64,000 nt of DNA from assembly GCA_051294905.1 (NCBI GenBank), contig CM119372.1, positions 2,110,001 through 2,174,000 of the forward strand, written 5' to 3'. Positions within the stretch are counted from its first letter, which is position 1. Each line of letters starts with the position of its first letter. The position numbers and the translations under genes were made by a program. A model generated the notes under the pieces. The model was not told where the DNA came from and did not search any database. It was given only the letters and a program-made list of their open reading frames with translations. Below are positions 14,613 to 29,000 of this stretch, in pieces. The DNA comes from Botryllus schlosseri. Lineage: Eukaryota.

Positions 14613-16987
14613 CTGCAAAATATTTTCTGATCATCACCATTGTTTTTACAGTCTTGCACGTTGCATTGAATATAAAAATGGGCGGGAATGTTTGTGTGCA
14701 TCAGTTCAATCGTGGTAACGTCACGCCACTCGATGTTAAGGGGCTGGGCAAAATCATGAACCAGATGAGTGATTCATTCAGACTTGTATTGACTACTGTA
14801 TGTTCGAAATGCTACACTATAGAATTTCTCAGTTTTCAAAACTCGCAACTAGAACTAGAACTATAGTTTCTGAAAGTCTGGGGTGATTCGATTCCTAATA
14901 AAAAGTTGGGCGTCGACTCCAGTATCATTCGATACCTTGACAATTATCCACCTTTTGTGCGACCACAAAGAAAAAAACGCCAGTTCTATACCGAATCGAA
15001 GAAAATAAGGTATTTTTTCGACCAATACAATGTCATTGCCATTCGTGACAATGCTGTTGGTTAATTACGACTTGACAAAAATGTCATTTCCACTAGCCTA
15101 CGTAGCTTTGTACCGCACGTTTTCGATGATGTGATACGACAAATCGTGGTTTCAAGACTTAAGCCTAAACGGCGAGAAAATAGTGTCGAAAATATGAGTC
15201 TCGTTGAAAATATAACTCTTACAGTAAAAAGGGGCGTATAATTTCAGTACTAACAAAACTCATCTCACGCTATTCGACTTGAATAATTATAATTAATACT
15301 CAATTCGGGTTGGGGTAGCCTACTCGGGCACTGGGTACTACTGTGCCGTGTTCCCACTACCCAGCCCTACTCAATAACACAAGATTTAGAAGTATACGCG
15401 GCAGACCTCTGCAGTAAACCATGATAGGTACTAGGTAGCCTACGCTACCGCTCCGCACCAAATCGCTACCCTCCAAAATGATGTCGTCTGACTTCGTTAT
15501 ATGTTCTTGTTCGTGCGCCCGATTAGAGTGTCGCGGACGTGAGATGACAAACAAATAGCAATCACGCAGCGTCAATGTAAGCACTACCTACGTGCAGAAA
15601 TAAGAATGCATGGCGACAGTCTGGCTGGAACTCTAAGAAGAAGGGATATTGCAATTACCGAAACTAATACGCATCATGTCAAAAATGAATGCACAGACGC
15701 AGAGGCTGGATTATCGCGTCTGATTCACGAAACCGGATTAAGTATAACCCAATCAGGAACTGCAGTCGTTCGCGAAGCCAGATAATTTAGATTTTAGATA
15801 CTGAACTGCGAATGCCGCAGCTTGTCTCCGTTAACCCTTTTCTTCGGCCGTATCGTTTTTCGAGCGAGAGTACAGGTCTTGGGTACACCACTGTATGATC
15901 GGCATAAACGCTTAACTGATTGTAAACTACAATATTTGCAAACATTCAGATTGATGCGTTGGAAATATATAGTTCTAAAATACTACGTAAACTTGAATTG
16001 GTTGGCTGCGAACCCGAAGGTAAGGTATCCATAAAAAATCCGGAATTTCCAGCTCTACGGCGAAGGTAAGGCGAGAGAGAGAGGGAATTCTTTTATTCGT
16101 CAACCATGAAATATAGTACATGCAATGTCCACAAACTTTCACGTCCAATAGTATACATTTTTAAAAATATTTTCCTAGCTATATTTTACACGGTATAGAC
16201 TGGGAGACCCGATATGACCGAAGTCTTCTAGGCCGGAGTCACCCGGAGTAGATTGGAAAAAGGAAAAATTCGTCGACATAATTTGTTTGATATCACTCAT
16301 GGAATATTTCATTTACAGAGAGTGGTTCGACTTCTATGGCACTTTTATATCAAATTGCCGGCCCACAATGCATTCGCTATAATTTCTTTGCCCGCAATTT
16401 TGCAAAAATTAATTTGGGCGGTTGGCGAATGCAAAATTCTCTCTTTGTCATGATCATTAGTTCTAAATACCACATGATTGCAATGAAAAGATAGGAAAGA
16501 GCCGCAAATAATCTGACACGCTTGTGTATATAAATCAGGCACCCACCAACCGGCCTACAGAAAGTATTAAAACGTAGAAACATTGCTTTTCTAAGGGACT
16601 AACGGCTATGTTAAAATAAGACACATTCGTAATACATATACTGCTCACGGAGCAAGTTCCCAGGCGGGCCAAAATGGACATAACGAGCGATCCATGAATC
16701 ATCCTTGGGACGCCAATCTAAATATACAGCGATATTGCTTCATTTGTTCTTGTCAGATGCTATCAGATTTTCTAATTCTTGCTAAGACACATAATAATAG
16801 ATCGAGGAGCGCACAAGAAAGCAAACCGAACGGCACAGAAAATTACCGTAGTTGGCGCATCGGCGTCAGCTGGACTAGACATCCGATAGTCTCGAAGCAG
16901 TATTATTCTCGGATAGCTATCAGGCATTATAACATTATTGTTTTGCTAACTAGTAGGTAGCAGCGATACTACTGTAGTTGGTATGGT

Positions 16988-17006
16988 ATGGTCGCGTTGA
17001 TTCTAG
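16988..17006 (+). CDS. ACVR2: Tentative first coding exon of ACVR2 (signal peptide start)
   Basis: ATG GTC GCG TTG ATT CTA G|gtcggc spliced in phase 1 to 19258 gives the signal-like [20 protein letters not shown]. The donor is weak and other first exons are possible. Confidence 0.45.
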
Positions 17007-20000
17007 GTCGGCGGGTTAACGTTACAAGTTCTTTATTATCCTTCGGTATTGTGCGGACTTGAGTTGATGGCGTCAAAGTAAAAAACATGAAATTATCAGA
17101 ATACTCATGAAAGTGGTACCGGTACATATAGTACAGAGTCTATTGTACTAATGTATCGTAGACGTGACGTGACATGCCAGACAGACATGACCTTTTGATA
17201 TTTTATTACGCGTACGCGTAAGGCAGTGTGAGGAATGAAGAAATATTCCTAGTGGCTCTTATTTTTATATCACAAATTCTATCAGCATAGGACTATACTA
17301 TTAACTATTTTGAGCCAACTGCAAAGGTTGTGATTTGCTGATTTGATCAGATTTCAAGGGTTCGTATTAGAATTTTTTCTACTCGTTGCAAATAATTGTG
17401 CCAATAATAGGTTGTGAGCTTATGCTGACTAACTAAGGAAAAATAAAGAGATTTTTGTCACTATAATTGGAATCAGTACGGTAGGCACTGTAATTTCACA
17501 ATTATTAACCGTACATTTGTGTGAATGATATATCGAAATAAAGAACAATGAAACAGTATGGAATCAACGATGATACAATTTTGCCAGATCTAAAAATTTG
17601 ATTGCCCTTATAAGGGTTGCTACAAGGCCGGATAGTCAAGTTTTCATTATATATTGGCCACACTGATGCTGATTTTATGTACACATTTGCGCTTTATTGC
17701 AGATTCGATAGTTCAAGAATAGGACCACAGTGAGCCATCTTAACATACAGAATACGATCAGTCGCAAAATGCACAACGGGAATATGGATGATCGACAGTA
17801 CCCCCCTAAAATCCAAACTCAAATTCTGGACTTGTTTCTTTTCGTTACTCCAACATCCAAACTTCGAATCCTCATTCAATCCCGTATCCTATATATATTT
17901 GCTGCCATTCTGGTATCCAAATAAAAACTTGAAATCAGAATCCTAATTTTTTTTCTCGCCATCCTGATATTCTATCGCATATATTTGCGGCTGCACTCGC
18001 GTTTAATCAGTGCAGAAACGTTTATTCAGGTCGGAAACGTTAAAACACAAAATTCTGGCCATGAAATATGAAGGTCCCTATCATCATGGGGCTCAATCAG
18101 ATCTGCCATTCCTGAAATCTTCCCATTATGTGCGTTGTGGAAAAGGCACCGAGATACAACCAGACACAAAGTCAAGTACTGGCATTTATCGCAATTATCC
18201 ATTTTATAGGATAGCAACAATTAGGCAAGAGGGGATACTTCCGTTTTCTAAGATTAACTGTTTAATCGTGGTTGTGAAATCCTTTGATCAATTTGAGCGC
18301 TCTCTATTACTATATCTCTATTACATAATTTGTGATATGATTGTTTATATAGAATGTTGCTGACGAGTGTCAGCCAAGAATATTTGGGTTTATTTCAATA
18401 TGAATATACTATCTAATTGTTTATTGAAGTTCTGTACCTTGAAGATGCTTTCCTTTGATTTCGGTTTGTTAAGCTAGGAATATAGCAGATTCCTTATTGC
18501 TATAATATTATTATACTTAGCAGGGTAAATCATTAAGTCTATTAGTGTTTGATATTGAACAAGAACTGAAATGTGAATTTGGTCACCTACACACTGCACG
18601 ATGATGTCGACTATACAAGGTTTGATTTTTTTATTTCTTACTATATCAATTCATTTTACTGTTCTATTTCTCATCACTCAAAGTTCCTAGACAGTGATGT
18701 ACTTTGAATCTCAGCTGTGTTACATGCCCTGCAGTCAAACAGTTATTGTGTGTTTTACATCAACCTTGCATAATTACACTTTGATAATTAGTGAAGCATT
18801 GTGCAAGTTGTTTCCAGCCGTTTATGGTCGCGACCCAGTTTCCGAATTTAAAATGTTCCCTGGGACTCACCTCTAAACACCAAGAGGTACTTGTGCAGGG
18901 TCGCAAATGAATTCTATGTCATTCTTAGCGGAGAATCATAAGTTAGAATAATTTGAAAGAAATTTCTTTTGATACTATTAATTTAAACTTAACCATTGCC
19001 ACTTGTGCGCATGTTTGATTTTGGCGTATACTCATGGGAAATATTAACATGCGAATCTTGGCGTCTAGACGTAATCAATACCTTGACCTATGGCGACAGT
19101 CTAGAAATTGTGTATTGTGCAGAATGAATGCATAACAATATTGATTAGGCTTATTGGTTTCAGAGAGAAGAAAATATCTCCACCTGTCATATTCTTGCAT
19201 ATTTATTCTCCTGTATCTATCAAGACGTATGAAATTTACTCCATGGTTGCTTTTCAGTCCTGCTGCCCGCTATGGTATGGTTCCTGACTGTGCATGGAAG
19301 TGTTATAAATGAAAGGGCAGATGTAAACACGAATGAGACTGGAGTCTTCCATCAATGCGAAACTTTCAAAGCATGTAATGCTTCAGAAGTGAGTATCTTT
19401 ACACTTGGAAAGTTTATGAATGGTTGAATACTATGATGCACGCAGGAAATAATGCTTCAATTTATTTAGTTGCTAGTATAATAATACTGAACAATGGTAA
19501 TTATGACCGAAGGAATTTGGGAGTAGAGAAATATATCTTATCTTTTTGTAAACTTCACCAACAATTGAAACTGATTAAAATGACAATATCTGGTCCCAGT
19601 TTGCAAAACTGTGTATGAGGCTGTTGGATGCTTTCTATTACATCTGAATTAAATGTAGATTGGCTTCAATGGAGTTGGAAAACGTAACTCTTATTGCATG
19701 GTTTGGCTAGGATACTTCACAATTAATTGGAGCGAATGGTGCCCTCACCGATTGTTCATCATGCTCTAATAAAAAGCAGAATTAAAGATGCTATTAAATA
19801 GGTTTACTACCAGTATTGATAAAACTTTACTGAAATTGTATAAAATCTGTATTTTTGTTAGACCATTGTGTGTATGCCGGAAATGAGAATTGGATTAAAA
19901 TTGGAGCACAGAAACATTAAACAGATGATATTAGAAATAAATGACCAGCATTTTGATCTGGTTGTCCAGTTATTCAAGTCTGCTGGTCATATCCTGGTTA

Positions 20001-23000
20001 GAGCCAGTAGCCGACGGCATTTTGAAAATACAGCTCGATTGTTTGAACCCGGCATACGATCGCTGTTGTATTACGCAGAGCTACGGGGGAAACAACACCT
20101 GTAACGAGATCGGCTATTGCGGTGAGGACCATTGTTTTGTGGCCTGGCGAAATGTTTCCGGCTTTATCGCAATTGAGAAAAGCGGCTGTTGGATGAAGAA
20201 TGGCGGTTGCGAGGATGTGTAAGTCGAAATTCAACCTTAACTAGTGTTACTTTTTCAGAATTTTCAGTCTTGCAAAACCGGAGGTAAATCCTGAAAAAAT
20301 AGGAAATTTTTCCCAATTCATAGCCGGTTGACTGAAAAACAAATAATCAGCTCTCTCACACAGTGCCCAAAATAGGTTTTTCCTTCACATTATCAGGTGG
20401 TTGACTAAATTAGAAAAAAAAGGTCAGCTTTGCGGCTCAGCTCCCGAAATACCTGCCTGAGCGTTACTTCGGTGCTGATTTACCGCATACCAGTCGAATT
20501 TAACCGTATGATAGACCAAAATTCTCAAGAAAGAGGACAAACCAGTGTTCCCTGTAAGCTGCGCACAAAATCTCCGAAGTGACGACCTTTTTTTTTATCG
20601 TTTCCGCACTGTCGTCCGAGGGTATGCACAGTGAGTCGGTGAGTGTGCGCAGACTCGTCGAAAATTGAACGGAACATTGATGGTCACCCCACCTTGACTA
20701 TCTTGAAACAGCTGCTTTCCTGTAGTAGCCTGGCTAGCCTCAAATTACAGTGCTTTGACGTAGTGACGTAACATGATAATGTAGAGTTATATTTTCAACC
20801 AGAATTGTAGTTTCAATGCTTTTTCCCGACATAAAAGCCCTGTGCCGTACTGCGGCATCCGATACAGTAGCACGAAGAACCCCCAAATTTTCTCTGCGGT
20901 GTAAACCCGGTGTTGTTTTCTTTCATATAATCGATTACGATTGTATTTCTCCCATAATGCACAAATTCCGAGATCTCTTTTCGCGCAGAACTCAATGCGT
21001 AGCAAGGAACGACTCTAAAGCGGCGCACGGTGTGTTATTTTGTTGCTGCCACGGCAACTTATGTTCCTCTTCTTTCCGTATCGCTCCTCCGTTACCGGAA
21101 GAACCCGAGGTTACAGATACCGGTGAGATTATCGGAAATTTCATGCCTGTGACGTCGTATTTGGTGATACTGTTACTGATACACAATGTTCTTTCCAAAT
21201 CTCTACCCTTCACGACTACCCCTGTCGAGTGTCACCCGTAAATATTCGGGTTTATTTCAATATGAATATTAGAGGTCTTCAAAAATGACTCTTTTTCTCA
21301 AACCGTGCTGGCTACTTGATAAAATTGTAAGGTTACCTAATTCAAGCCTACACACCTAGTTCGGTTCAATTCCAACCAGTGGAAGCGGGGTTATTGCCGT
21401 CGAAAAATTTGGATTTGAATAAAATAGTATCTACGGTGGGCACCACTGTAATAAATAATTAAAGAATTGGTCACCGTAAATACTATTTTATTCATATCCA
21501 AATTTTTCAAGGGCAATAACTCCGCTTCCACTGGTTGGAATTGAACCCAATTTGGTGTGTAGGCTTGAATTAGGTAACCTTACAATTTTATCAAGTAGCC
21601 AGCACGGTTTGAGAAAAAGAGTCATTTTTGAAGACCCCTAATGAATACATTTTCCAATTGCGTATTCAAGTTATGTTCGCTCAAGAAGCTCTTTGACCAA
21701 TTATTGCAAATATAGTGGTTGGTGGTTCATGCTTCCCGTTCAAGATAATAATGCTTAACGTTAGTTTAGAAGAATGTTGTGTCTGTAGAATTACTGTTAC
21801 TGTGAGTTTCTTCTCAAAATTCTCTCATATTTTTTAGCAAAAATCTGACAGCCTAATTTGTGCCAATGGAAGGAGTTTTTGCGCCATCTAAAATAGTATA
21901 TTTGGCTTAAAGGGGCACTGCACTCTAAAAATGATGTGGTCCGACTTTATATAGTTGTCAGCCGATGTTATGAAGGAAATATGTCGTACACGCTCCATTA
22001 CGGCTGGGCGTTTTGAAGAAACCGGCTGCGCGTTTTGAAGAAAACGGCTTGTTCTTTCCAATTCTCTACTAGTTGCTGACGATTACCCCTGACGAGTGTC
22101 AGCCGAAAATATTCGGGTTCATTTCGATATCAATATACTATTCAATTGTATAGGGAAGTTTGGTACCTCCATAAAGCTTTGGTATGAGTTGAGTTTATAG
22201 GGAGGTCTTGCCTTAGATCATATCTTGTGAAATGACCACAGTGTGTGCCACAGGGATTTGTTAATTGTCAAAAGCACAAATTCTTTTCATTATCGAAATC
22301 GACTATCGAATGCTTTAGATTCGGAAGATCGCGCCTTGCCCGCGGCGACTCTCATTTCTGTTCTTGCCGTCAGTATGCTTCTGTTGGTTGCCGTTATATG
22401 CTGCGGCTATTACGTTTATCGCAAAAGGAAGATGCATGCTGCGGAAATGGATGCCGTCAGCGTGGTATGTGGATTGTTATTGATTGTAATTCTTATAGTA
22501 CATGTGTCAGCATTTTCGAGTAGGGGAGAGTAGGCCAAGATGAGACACTTTTCGGATAATTCAACGCCACTCATAGAGTGATGCATTCTGAGGATTAATT
22601 TTGGTACCAATGGAAACCCTGTGATCTGTACTATTTACGGCTACGCCTCGAGTTATATTGAACTACGTACTTACAGATTTTTTACCCCGCAAAAATCCTT
22701 GCTCAAATGTCACAACTTACCCCCCCTATGATGAATCAACTTCCTGTCTTTTCATTGTGTCGCATTTTTGCGGTGTATTGAACCGATAAAAATTGCTAAC
22801 AAACCAATGATGATGATGAACTAGTAATATCATGAATAAAATATAACAATCGTGAAATAATTCACATTTACAAAAGTGTTTGCACATCATACGCGAATTT
22901 GAACGGTTTAAACAGTCTTTTTCCAAATTATATTAGAGTTAGAATCGCTGAATTGAAAAATTACTTGGAAATTGAATTCGGTTTCAAATGATAAAGAAAT

Positions 23001-26000
23001 AGGTACAACAGTGAAATTCGGTTCAAATCAAACCAGAGCTCATACTCGTAAGTATGAAAATGGCGAGAATGTCTGTACACTGAACTTTTTAGGCAGTGTA
23101 CACTGTACAGCTCTCCTGTAGCATTTTCATGTAAACCAGAAATTAGACTATAGTCAAAATTGGGGCATAGAAACATTGTAAATTTAGATTAGAATTAGAT
23201 AACCTGAATTTTACTCTAATTAGTCTAATTGGAGTAAGTGTGAACCCGGTTAAGAACCAACGAGTTAAATTATAAAACACTGAATTCGAGACGACTTTTT
23301 CTTAAGAACACTCCTGCTACCGGCACGACGGGCTGCACCGTTTCCTCTTTTCCCATGAATATGGAATCGCCCAGTCCGCATCTGCTCGCGGTAAAAGCCC
23401 GGGGACGCTTTGGGAAAGTGTGGCGCGCCCAGCTAGAGGATCAAATCGTAGCTGTGAAGACGTTCAATCTCAGCGTGAGTGTGCTATTGTGAAATCTCGT
23501 AGTTTTGAATCGTAGCCGATATCGGTCAAACCTATAACAAGCACCATCACCGATAACAAGGGCCGGGCAAAATGATGAGCTGTGTGATTTGATTCGCAAA
23601 AAAAGTCGAAATTTTGTCAAAATTGTAGCGTTAGGTCAAAAAAATGTCTAAAATTATTACAAAGTCAAAATTTTTTTGCAACCCCCATTTTGTTTGTATC
23701 GTAGATTTTGCCCTGTCGGTGAACTTATCATTTGACATTTTACTGCTTGCAGCCTGCTTTGTAGGCCTACCGTTGTAGACGGCCCATTGCCTGCTCATCG
23801 TGAAGCATAAACATTCGAATGAAACAAATAGGTTGACATGGTGTTATGCTCATTTCTCAACGTACCGCAATATCCCAACGGAAGCAAGACTGCGTGGGTA
23901 TTGCATTGTTCTTATATCAAGAAGCGCACGATGAAAAATTGTGATGTAGACACCGTGGTCAGAATCAGGGCTGTTGAGTCGGAGTCGGAGTCGGTGGAGT
24001 CGGAGTCGGGGTAATTTTCACTTGATGGAGTCGGAGTCGGAGTCGTAAAATCTATAATAGCTGGAGTCGGAGTCGGTGGGAAAATACTGACTGGAGTCGG
24101 AGTCGGAGTTTGTGAGAATGACTATGACTTCGACTCCGACTCCGACTCCAACTTCTCTATCACGAAAACATTTGCTTTCAAAGAATTTTCAATAGAATTT
24201 TTATGTATCACCAATCACTGTTATTATTAACCATGCAGATCAGGTGCGGCCAGCCCGTGGCACGCAGGCCAAATTTGGCACACGAGAAGGTTAGGTGTGG
24301 CCTGCGAGGTAATTCACGAAATTATTTATGTCATCAGGTACAATTGCAAGGCCAACCAAAATTTGATTAGCATGACCGCGAAATTTGATGATGACTAAAA
24401 CAACAGTTCTGACGCATTGACGTATCCAGGGGTCAGCCACATTTATCCCAGATCTTCGTATATGACCAATGACCATGAAGTAGAATATTTCCTAGCAGAT
24501 TTATTTGAATTTAAATTTTTCTCGGTACTTCGCATGATTCATTGTCACTAGATTTCTTGCATTCAGTATTTGAGCCCCCTTCTGAAAATTATAAATACAT
24601 ATTATTCACAGAATTGAGTCTAACTATATTCGCAATTAGGAGATACGGCTTCGCTTGTGCACTCGCAGCGAGATCGTCGACAAAACATTTGCACAAAATG
24701 ATGGAGGCATGTTCACTGATACCATCGATCTTGCTATGTCTAAAGGTCGAATAATCCTGTCCTTGCCAAATGAGCCCAGTGGTATACAGATGCGACCCCC
24801 AATGTATGTTAGCGACGTATTTATTGATATAGCTATAGCCTAATTCAGTCGTTATATTGCCAAAAAAATTCGCGCTTCGCGCGACCAGGGCCTGATTGCG
24901 CACTGCACAGTTGCATGACATATTGCTATCAATTTTAGAGCGTATTGATATAAGTCTTGTTTGCAATGTTACCTAATTCGGTTCGCTCCTATCGACGACT
25001 AAAAAAAAAGGTTATCAACATTCCAGTTGCCCGCGCAATGGTTCGTAAATCTCAGGTGTCCCTTTAGCCGAAAAAGTTGCCCACCCCTGATATAGATAAA
25101 ATTAGACATTACTTGCAAATTACAACTCAGTTGCAGAGGGGAAGAAAATCGCAAGATGCGTTTTCGCGATGCAGTCAAAATCGATGCAATTTTTGGAATT
25201 ATACCATGATACTGTGACAGAGAAAATGCATCGGCTGGTTTTGTAAAATTGTAAAAAGGATGTAAATATGACCAAACGATGCTTCCCACTTGACAAAATT
25301 AAAAATATTTGTACTGTAGCTTAGCTGTTTGGGTCGAACAAATGATTAAGAAAGACTGCAAGTCCCAATCCGTGAATACTTGATTAAGTACATGCAGACT
25401 AGACATAGGCTATGGTCTTTGACTACTTAACTAAATTCCATTTATGACCAATATCTAATATTAGTAGTAAGAGTGTGTGTGCTTGTAATCAGGATAGTGT
25501 GCAATGACAAAATTAGTATTGAATAGTATATTCATATTAAAATGAACCCGAATATTTTCGGCTGACACTCGTCAGGGGTAATCGTCAGCAACTAGTAGAG
25601 AATTCGAAAGAACAGCGTATATCAACAATCGTAACACAAAATATGACGTCACCAGCACGAAATGTCGAATACGAGAGCGTTCAATGTACTAATTTTAGAT
25701 GATACACGAACTCTTTTTGTTGACACAGCCTTGGCTGGTGTATTTTGATAAAAGTCGACTCCAAGGCGCACAAATGAAAGTGTGAGCGACCCTTTCCGAG
25801 TATGCGAATCAAAATACACCAGCCAAGGCTGTGTCAACAAAAAGAGTTCGTGTATCATCTAAAAATAGTACATTGAACGCTCTCGTATTCGACATTTCGT
25901 GCTGGTGACGTCATATTTTGTGTTACGATTGTTGATATACGCTGTTCTTTTGAATTCTCTACTAGTTGCTGACGATTACCCCTGACGAGTGTCAGCCGAA

Positions 26001-29000
26001 AATATTCGGGTTCATTTTAATATGAATATACTATTCAATTGTATATTTAAGTTCTGTACCTCAAAGAAGCTGGACAAAATTAGTAAGTTCAATTTCTTTA
26101 TTAGTTGCCGAGTCATACACAAGAGCTACACTTGGATTTTTTATCTACATTTTTATTATACAGGATTGGATATCTGCCATATTTGAGTGATTCATACATT
26201 TCAGGATATTAGAGAGTCCATGTTATAAAAACTTGAATAAGGAAGGATATTTAGCAAATCTTTATTTCATGTTAATTACATAGGGGATAATTCGAGCTGT
26301 GCCACAATGAAACAATTTAGCATGCCACAGTTAATCATATGTCTGCATAGCATATGTTTAATGGTTGTATGATAGTCATTCAACCGACAATGTGGCATAT
26401 AATTTTCGAAGTAAATTGGTAATAATGCTGGAGTCGGAGTCGGGAGTCGGAGTCGGTACGTTTAAAGACCCAGGAGTCGGAGTCGGAGTCGGTACATTTA
26501 AAGACTCAGGAGTCGGAGTCGGTATATTGAAAATGTGTGGAGGCGGAGTCGGTGGTAAAATTTACCGACTCCACAGCCCTGGTCAGAATGAAGCAACACG
26601 GTGTGTCACCAGCAGTGTACGCACAACTTCAGCATTCTCAACCAATAACTTCTGCTGTTGAACGTTCCTTCTCCATTCTTGGCAAGCTGCTTAGTAAGGA
26701 CAGACATTTTCTACCCGAGAATGTAGGAAAGCATCTTTCGTTGCGCTAGAGCAAATTTTTAATTATTTCTACCATATGCGTGATGTAACTGCTGGAACTC
26801 TTCTTAGGGACAGCTTTCGTTAAAATGAAGTTTTTTCGTGTAATAATTTGTCAGTTTTTGAGTCGAAAAAGTTTTTTCAGGCCAAACTACTTCGTAAGGA
26901 CAGACAGTTCCAGCTAAAAATGAAGATAAGTAGTACAATTCTAACGTTATGCGGGATAACATCTAATTTGCATATGTTAGGTCAAAATTAAGGCAGCGGT
27001 TTGTTCAAGACTTAACAGATATGTCATTTTCACTAACATGCGTATGGCGTTGCTTTGTAATACACGTTTCGGGTCCTGTGATACGACCAATCGGGGTTTC
27101 AAAGGCCGCCACGGTGGAAAATGGATTGAAAACACCGTTTATTTGCCATCGCAGGAAAAATCCTCTTGGCAGAACGAGCAAGATATCTTCTGCACTCCCA
27201 TGATGAACACGCATCCGAACATCCTCAAGTTCCTCACAGCGTCAAGTCGTGGGGAGGGCGTCAACTCGGAGCTGTGGCTCATCACAGAGTTTTACGATCG
27301 GGTAAGACCTGCTAAATATTGCTGTAATGTAGAGGGCGGTTCCAGAAAACTGTTGGCCCGCTGCTGCGGTAACATATTCAATATCTGTGACAGGTAATCT
27401 GTCCTGTGGCTCTTCCATCATTAGCTATTTAAAAGCTTGTTCGCTAGAAGATAACTGTGTGTAATAAGCAGGGCTGGGCAGAATCGAATATTAGGCTTCA
27501 AGTTCAAGTATCTAATAGAATCACATATGTAAATTTTATGAGACCACAAGGATTATAGGCTCAAAGCCAGTTTAACTTCATATTAGAGATTACGGTATTT
27601 CATATATTTTCGCGTACCCATTGCATTGCACTTTGTAACAATGCTGTGGGCTGACCGCGACTTCACAGATGTGTCGGTTCAGTGCTGAATACTCGAATCA
27701 TTGCAACTAAAATACTCAATTTGGATTGAGTACTCAAGCCATTGTGCCTTCCCTAGTGATGGCAAAGAAGTTATTGCGACTTTTACCTCGCCGTTATCTT
27801 GTTTGCGTCCATGTGTTCTGCGATTATGCATTTGCGAATTGCATGTGTGCACTAACGCGGGCTTACTCAAATCATGTTTTCGAGTCGCATCCGCTGCTCA
27901 GGCGCCGTGCCAATTTGTTTGTTCCTACGATCGTTAATTATTTTGCAAAACAATGTAGTTCAAAGTCCTTTTCTGTCCACAGTGGCAGCCATGGCATGTT
28001 CATTTGCAAATCCTCTGATCAGCGCACTGTCACGTGTTGACCATGTTCAGAGTCAAAATAAACAAGTTCACAGCAAACTCTATGCTGCAGCTTGGAGATG
28101 AGCAAATATGACTTTATCAATTCAACTTTATGTGTCGTGATTTTAAAACATGATGTTCAAAGTAATTCACAGGGTTTGTTGTTGATTATTATCGATGCAC
28201 TCCGTTGCTTATGCTATAATGTATTATCTGCCTCGCAACTTGTAAAATTCTTCGATCAATATGCAATTGAATCATATATTAATATTCATTCATCAGCTAA
28301 CGATCGTCAGAGAGGTTATCTTCAATGGCTGGTGGGGAATTGAATGTTGGATGTTCTCTATATTATTCAATTGTATGTTGAAGTTATGTACCTCCAAGAA
28401 GCACTTCAAATTCACATATTACCTGTTGAATATCATGCTTGGCCGCAACTAGGTCGTCGTGAAATCGTATTTGTCTGAATGAGATTTTGGAAAGAGTAAC
28501 CTAAACTGGGTGCTATCATCAAAGAGGAACCTTTTCCAATGGTGTTCTCTTACTGATGTTGACCCATTTTGGTTTTTGGTTGGTGGGTTCATAAGAAATT
28601 GTTGTGGTCTCTGCAGTGGGTCAAGGATGCACGGAATTCAATATCTTCAATATCGATAGTGATTGGGAGCCTATTTAGAAAATGACATTTTGGCAATGAT
28701 TGAATACATTTCAGAAATGATCTTTCCCCTATTATGTTACACGCAAAACTATTTTCCATCATGTATCATAGCCAGTGTATGTGAAATAACTAAACTAAAT
28801 TCCGTATTTGATAACAAGGGTAGTTTGAGTGATTACCAGTGGCATTGGGATTGAACACGCAGTAACTATTTTCATTATGAATGCGATTCATCAATTGTCA
28901 ATACTGTTTTAATTCTTTCGAAAATGGATGTTTTCCTGAATATGAGCTTCAATTGTGATATATGGCACTTGGTCAATTTGGCGATATAACTGTAATGACT

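Larger units (their letters stand above)
23931..26749 (+). pseudogene. hAT transposase C-terminal remnant split by the 23966-26581 insertion
   Basis: Removing the insert and one TSD gives [57 protein letters not shown], which has the hAT S.ERSFS motif. Confidence 0.65.

Noticed and set aside
14384..14866. Arg-rich 160-aa ORF
   Set aside because: Shifted frame of the last XKR exon running into 3'UTR and MITE sequence; no signal peptide or splice support.
19862..20104. Upstream acceptor and 78-aa ORF as ACVR2 exon 3
   Set aside because: That frame stops at 20104 and lacks the ectodomain Cys pattern.
26365..26661. GVGVG-repeat ORF
   Set aside because: Translation of (GGAGTC)n subterminal repeats of a hAT-type element.
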